From Rhodospirillales bacterium (GTDB lineage Bacteria > Pseudomonadota > Alphaproteobacteria > Bin95): a stretch of 21,886 bases of DNA. Where the stretch lies: NCBI GenBank assembly GCA_038143065.1, contig JAYQLI010000006.1, positions 1-21,886 on the forward strand. The letters are read 5' to 3'. Positions 15,650 to 21,886 of the stretch are shown piece after piece; the first letter of the stretch is position 1; each line of letters starts with the position of its first letter. A model generated the notes under the pieces. The model was not told where the DNA came from, ran no database searches, and was given only the letters and a program-made list of their open reading frames with translations. The position numbers were made by a program, and so were the translations under genes.

Positions 15650-18600
15650 ATGCTGCCAAAAATCAATGTCTATTCCTCAGATTTTTCGGCTGAGGAGGGA
15701 TCTAATACCGCATCATTTACCTTTACCAGAACAGGTGAACTTCAGAATGAACTGTCATGCGCTGTCGCATTTGCCGGAACGGCTGTAAGTGGTGTTGATT
15801 TCGAATCCTTGAGTGAAACCGTTAATTTCGCAGTTGGTCAAGACACGGTCACACTTCTGATAAACCCAAAATCTGACAGCACATTAGAAGGAGCAGAACT
15901 TGTCACCTGCACTATTCAAGACAATGCTGCATATTTAATAGAAAACGCCTCAGCGACGATTAGCATAAGTGACAAAGGATATGTTGATGACGGTTTCGTC
16001 GCAAAGCTAGATGATACTTTCTTATTACATAGTAAGCCTGATGCCAAGCATACTATTTACCTAGATTTCTTTGGCGGTGATTATTACACCTACAACACAA
16101 TATTGCCTTATAATTCGGATGGCGACGCTTCCAACCTGTCTGATGCTGAAAAGCTAGAAATTCAAAAAATCTGGGCTGGGATAGCGGAAGATTTTGCTCC
16201 TTTCAATATCGATGTCACGACTGAAACGCCGGCAGATGGTGCGCTGGTAAATACAGGCGGTGATGACGACGCGTGGGGTGTTTCTCTTCTGATTGGGGAG
16301 GAAACGACAGGATATGGTTTTGCGTGGTCTGGGAGTGAATTCCCCCTGGATTATGCAGCGCCCGGTTATGTATCAATTAACAGTCAGTTCCAAGATGGTA
16401 TTTATCCTCTAACCGTAATCGCTACGGGTGGAAGCCACGAAATTGCACATACGATGGGCTTGAGCCATGATGGTCCAGGTTCTGGGGGATACTACTCGGG
16501 CCATGACACGACAGTCGGGCACTGGAATACCATTATGGGTCTATCAACCAGTGGTCTTACTCAGTTTAGCAAAGGTGACTACGCAAATGCCGATAACACT
16601 GAAGATGATCTTAGCATCATTGCAAGCGACCTAAATGGGATTTCGTACATCGTTGATGAGCATGCGGATGAGCGTAGTTTTGCGACTGAGCTCGTCAAAT
16701 TAGATGATGGCTATGGATCGCTCTTTGCTCAAGGCATAATCAGCACCAGCGACGATGTGGACTGGTTTTATTTTGATCATTCAGGCGGCTCGATCGTTCT
16801 AAATGTTGATGTCGCAGAGTTCAGCCCGGAATTTACACGCAGGTGCTTGGTTATATGACTCAAATGGAGGTGAGCTGATTGCTTCAACAAGTGAGTCCTC
16901 ATTGTCTGCTGCGATTATTTCCCCCAATCTCTCAGCGGGTCGATACTATTTAAAAGTAGATGGGATCGGAAACGATAGTGGCGGTGGCTACACTGATTAC
17001 GGCAGTCTGGGGCAATATGAAATTTCCAGTGGTGTAGGTGTACTTGCAAGCTACGACCCTGATAATCAGTCTGCCGGGGATAGTATCGCAGGAACCACGC
17101 AGTTCTCCTCTTTGTCGCTTGGTGGATTGAGTGGGGCGAGCGTTGGTAACAGCATGTGGGAGGATGTTTGGGCGTTATGGTGGGATGCACGTAGTCAGAT
17201 TGATACCTCTGAATATATCAGCTTTGCCGTGACGCCCGGAGGTAATGAGGAGCTGGCGCTGTCTAGTTTGAGTGCTTCGTTCTACTCATTTTCCCCTGGC
17301 GAAACTCACGTGACACTACGTTCTAGCCTGGATGATTTTACCAATGACATTGACACTGAAAAGGTCCTCGGCGGCAACTCAGCCACCTTAATTGAGTTTG
17401 ATCTTGAAACATTGCCGCGTGTCGATGCGTCAATTGAGTTTCGTCTACACATGACGAGTGATCGGGCTCCGGTTTCCGTTATTTGACGGGCTCAAACTAC
17501 CAATATGATACGAATGCTCAAGGTATCAAACTTGTGGGGCGTGTCCTCAGTCAAAGTAACGCAGACACTACGCCAAAAATTATGGGGTCATTTGATTTTG
17601 GCTATGAACTAACCAGCACTGAAGTTGCCGTCGATGCTACATTAACAGTGACAACCTCCAATGTCGAAGATGGTCAGTTAGTGACGTTGGCGCTTAATGG
17701 TAAGACGTATACTGGCGAGGTATCGGCAAACCGGGCTCAAATCGTGGTAGAAGCAACTGACTTAATGGAACTAAGTGCTGGTGCTGTCAGTTACACGTTA
17801 TCCGTATCCAACAGCGCTAACATCCCTGCCGCTGATTATGTCTCTGAATTTGTCTATGATCTTGCGGCAGAGCGTCCTGCATCCGCTCAAAGAGCGACGA
17901 ATATTAATGAAAAAGTTCGACTAGATCAGCAATTTAATGAGCTTGTCAATGAATCGAGTAGCGAAGTTGCTCTGATTGAAATTGTCAGTGGACCAGTCCG
18001 TGGATCGCTTGAAAATGACGCTCAAGGCCACTGGTATTACGTGCCTGACCAAAATTACCTAGGGGATGATAGCTTTTCTTTTCGTGCTACCAGCAGTTCT
18101 GGAGAAGTTAGCGAGGTGATGGCCTTCGATTTAATGGTCAAAGATGTGCCAACCATTCAGCCAACTCCAGAAAACCCATTCAGTCCTTCAAGTAGTTCTT
18201 CTGCAACCGGGACGCTGTTGGCAGAGGCAACTGCTCGTCAAATCATGGCGCCAGAATTTGTGACTGCGGACCCAACCGCAGGAGTTTTGTATGGTGCAAT
18301 CGCAGAAGATGCTGCGCGTGTTACCCGTGGGGTGAGCTTGGACGTCGCCGAACAGTTTCTTGACCCTGTTACGGCTCAGTCGAGTACATACTATACAACC
18401 GGACTTTATGCCGCTCCCGGTGAATTAGTTTATATCGAAGTCCCTAGTGAGATGGTGGGCATCGGTGCAAAAATAAGGCTCTCTACATGGAATGATAATC
18501 TCTCTGGTCGAAGTGAGTGGGATCGCGCACCTTATGCAATATCTCGAATTTACGATATTGATGAACCCATCATTAAGGTTGCCGGTGCGTTTGGTGGGCT

Positions 18601-21600
18601 AATCTATCTAGATGTTCCACTTGGCACACAAGCTCAAACGGTTAATCTCATAATCGATGGTGCGATTGAGGCTCCACATTTCATCCTGGGTGAAACAACG
18701 AATGACGAGTGGGTTAATGAGGTTCGCGATAATCCAGCGCCCTTTGGCGTCTTAGCCGCTGATAATATTGAGCTGTATCTACCAAGTAATACCTTGCGTG
18801 AGCTTGATAATCCCACAGAAGTTATGACCTGGTGGAGTCAGGTAATAGATATACTTGACGATCTCTCGGGTAAGGAGCGACTGAGGCCCGAAGCATTTTC
18901 GTTCGATGTAGATACTCAAGCCGGCTACTTGAGCGCGGGTTATCCGAATAAGGCCCCTCTTGATTATGCGGATAACTTTTTAGATCTTCAGTCTCTTAAG
19001 GCTGAGGGATTGTGGGGCGCTTTTCATGAACTTGCTCATTTGCATCAGGACACAGAGTTTACCATCGGGGGCGACTCCGAGGTTAATGTCAATATATTTA
19101 CACTCTACGTATATGACCAGTTGGGTATTTATCACTACAATACGACTGTTGATCGTCGCGTTGAAAAAGCGGACTCGCTCTTTGATAAAAGTCTCACCTA
19201 CCGCGATGGGGACGCATGGCAAAAGCTGACGTTCTATCACCAAATTATTCAAGAGTTTGGCTTTGAGCCGTTTAAAACATTTTTTAGGACTTACTATGAC
19301 GATAGTCCTGAAAGCCTTGCCTGGGGATTTGGCTCAAACCGGCTGGATGATCAGCAAGAAGTATCACAACTGTTTGTGCGCCTCTCGAAGATTATTGGTC
19401 GTGATTTGTCACCTCACTTTGACGCTTGGGATTTCAGGATAAGCACGGTCACAAGATTACCGCAGATGATCGCGGATCCGTGGCGCATCTGGCTAGAGTG
19501 GTCCAGTGATAGATGTATTATTCATTCCGAAGAAATGTTGGTGTTTTTGAAGGAGGTTCAGCGACCAGTATTGATTTTGATTTGTCTGACAATGTCTGGA
19601 ATTTTGGTAGCAATGGTGCGTTAACGTTCACACCTGCTGCTGACTTTTCGAACAGTGAGCTTATTTCCCTGGGTGGCGGGAAGTTTCGGTTTACACCCAA
19701 TGCTGATTTTGATGGTAGCGAAGGGATTACAATTAACGTTGCAAACTCCGATGGCGGATTGGCTACGGTAAGTGTGGTGGCAGCGATTGGTGAAGAGACG
19801 ACATTTACAAAAAGGGCAGGACACATACATAGGTAAAGAGGTTGTAGGCTCTCAGGAGGCTTCAGGAAAAGTATAGTAGTTGATGGACGATGAACCCTGA
19901 CGAGAAGGCAATCCCGCTAATTCAATTTACTGAGATTTTTGGTGATGCACAGGATCAGATTAAGTTACAATCTGAAGTTTTTAAAGCAGTCCTTCAGCTA
20001 AAGACCACCGAGGGATTTGCAGCTTTCGACTTGGTTCCAATTGTATCGAGTGGTCAGCTCAATTACCTGGGAAGGCTCTGATTCACTGCCTTCTAATGTA
20101 TCGCTAGCTCCTGATGCTGAAGATTCGCCAAATTCTTCCACGAGCGCTTCTACGCTATCTTTTGAGCGTTACTGACAGCAAGAAAGCTTGGGTTGCGGGT
20201 GAATCCAACAACTACGGATGGGCGCTGATTCCGAGCACCAACTCAGACGGAACTGGAATACATTCGTTTGAGGCAACTGACGTCTCATTGCGCCCAACAT
20301 TAACGGTTACTTGGTCTGCCTCAACAATGGCAACCCCTATCTCCAACGCCCCTAAATTTGCATTTGAAACGGTAAGTTTAAGTGTTGACGAAAACGATGC
20401 AGGACTACCGGTAATCTACACTGCAGAACTTAGCGATAACTCTGCCTCCCAGATGCAACGCAGCTATTCATTATCCGGGCCCGGATGCGTCACAGTTCAC
20501 AGTTAGTCCAAGCGGCGCTGTTAGTCTTCTTCAGCCTGCAGACTTCGAGGCTAAGCAGAGTTACGACCTCACCCTATCATTGACCGATGGTATAAACCCG
20601 CGAAATAGCCAAACTCTTTCGGTAAGGGTAAACAACCTGAACGATAATGCTCCTACCTTTAATGTTGCAACACAGACCGTCCGAATCGATGAGAACTCAT
20701 CGGCATCTGCTGTAGTGTTTGATGCATCAGCATCTGATGAGGATGGAGATCCTGCTTATACCTTGAGTTAAATTGAGTAAGGATGCGGCGTTAATTGACG
20801 CAGAACTGGTGAGTTAAGATTAACGTCTGTATCTGACTTCGAGGTTAGAGAAGCTACCGCCTTACTGTCACTGCATCTGATGGCGGGACCGCAGTGGCAA
20901 CGCAAGATGTCATAGTTGAGGTCAATGACATCGATGAAACTATGCCAAAGTTTTCCAACAACAAGTTCTAATGGATGTGGCCGAAAATTCGTCTGCAAGG
21001 AATGTCGTTTTTACGGCGCAGGCGACAGATGGTGACGGAAGCGTCCTAGCTATGCGTTAAGCGGAAAAGATGCGGAGCAGTTTGTCATTTAACTCTGCAA
21101 CTGGACAAGTAAGACTCAAGACATCAGCGGATTATGAAACTCAATCATTCTACACTTTCAACGTGATAGCATCAGATGGAGTAAATACTGATGCTGCACA
21201 GCAAGTTATACTCAATGTTATAAATGCAAATGATAATGCCCCCAATTTGCGAACTCTAATGCTACGGGGTTCATCGATGAGAACGCCCCGCTAGGCAAAG
21301 TTGTGTTTAAAGGCGATTGCTCAGGACTTTGACGGTGATAGCTTGTCGTTCTCTCTTAGCGGTACGGATGCTTCATTCTTGAGTATTGATGCAGTAACAG
21401 GAGAGGTCCGTCTTAAACAGGCCGCTACAGCTGCAGATAAGAGCGAATACGTATTCTCTGTAAACGTCAGTGATGGTGAAAATCAGGCGGTGCAGGCTGT
21501 AACGCTTAAAGTTGAACTGCAACAGCATGTGCTAACAATGGATAACTCTGTATCTTTGGTGAAGACAAAAGCTTTTGAGGGCGTGTCAGCGGTCAACCTA

Positions 21601-21886
21601 AATGAAGGGTTTGATGATCGATCGCAACTCTGACGGTACTTTGAAAGGCGGGAACTATGACTATTTATCGACGAAATCCTACACACAGGCTGATGACACG
21701 TCGTTAACAGTACTCTCTTTAATACCGATAAGGCGGCTTACTTGCGTTCTCTCAACAGCAAACAGGCGGACGTGTTGCTCTATTTGCAAACCAAAATTTA
21801 ATGCACAAGGTTTGTACCAAGATCGGGGAATGGCGATTGGGGACATTGTTTTCAATGCCATGAACTGGGCGAGTGGGATCAACAGA
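15650..21886 (+). CDS. Giant multidomain secreted protease/adhesin (Calx-beta, metzincin, PPC-like, Ig-like, M60-like peptidase, DNRLRE-like, cadherin repeats); frameshifted and running off the window
   Basis: GGAG RBS and ATG 15650. Calx-beta-like FTFTRTG..GTAVSGVDF. HEIAHTMGLSHDG (16436-16474) with a TIMG Met-turn. DDVDWFYF..GRYYLKV. TGLYAAPGE and WGAFHELAH..EVNVN (19025-19093). NNYGWAL..RPTLTVTW. Cadherin motifs follow. Consecutive ORF pieces overlap at their frame switches. Confidence 0.8.
20340..21510 (+). repeat. About four tandem cadherin-like domains (~300 bp each)
   Basis: Recurrent NDNAP, xDEN, AxDxDGD, YxLSGxDA, TGxVRL, DFE/DYE and SDG motifs in the ORF fragments from 20114 to 21633. 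Confidence 0.8.

Overview
Bacterial accessory DNA, most consistent with an alphaproteobacterium of Rhodobacteraceae type (inferred from the sRNA motifs and integrase remnant; not proven). The sequence carries many 1-bp indels that split otherwise intact genes, probably long-read consensus errors. There are three blocks. (1) 1-2700 is an AT-rich patch of mini-genes: three small Cys-rich proteins, a duplicated 90-bp leader plus hydrophobic micropeptide (IPLLKW) missed by the ORF track, four candidate stem-loop sRNAs with CUCCC or GGGAGG motifs, and a tyrosine-integrase C-terminal remnant. (2) 2823-13636 is a GC-richer sugar catabolic island built around a close homolog of levoglucosan dehydrogenase (LgdA). 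It also encodes two TIM-barrel enzymes, a second Gfo/Idh/MocA oxidoreductase, an ABC importer and an ABM-domain protein, with a divergent ROK repressor and a signal-less paralog of the binding protein. (3) 13930-21886 holds a tRNA-3'-end-like att remnant with arm-type repeats, a wHTH regulator, and the first 6.2 kb of a giant secreted protein combining Calx-beta, a metzincin protease, an M60-like protease, a DNRLRE-like domain and cadherin repeats.
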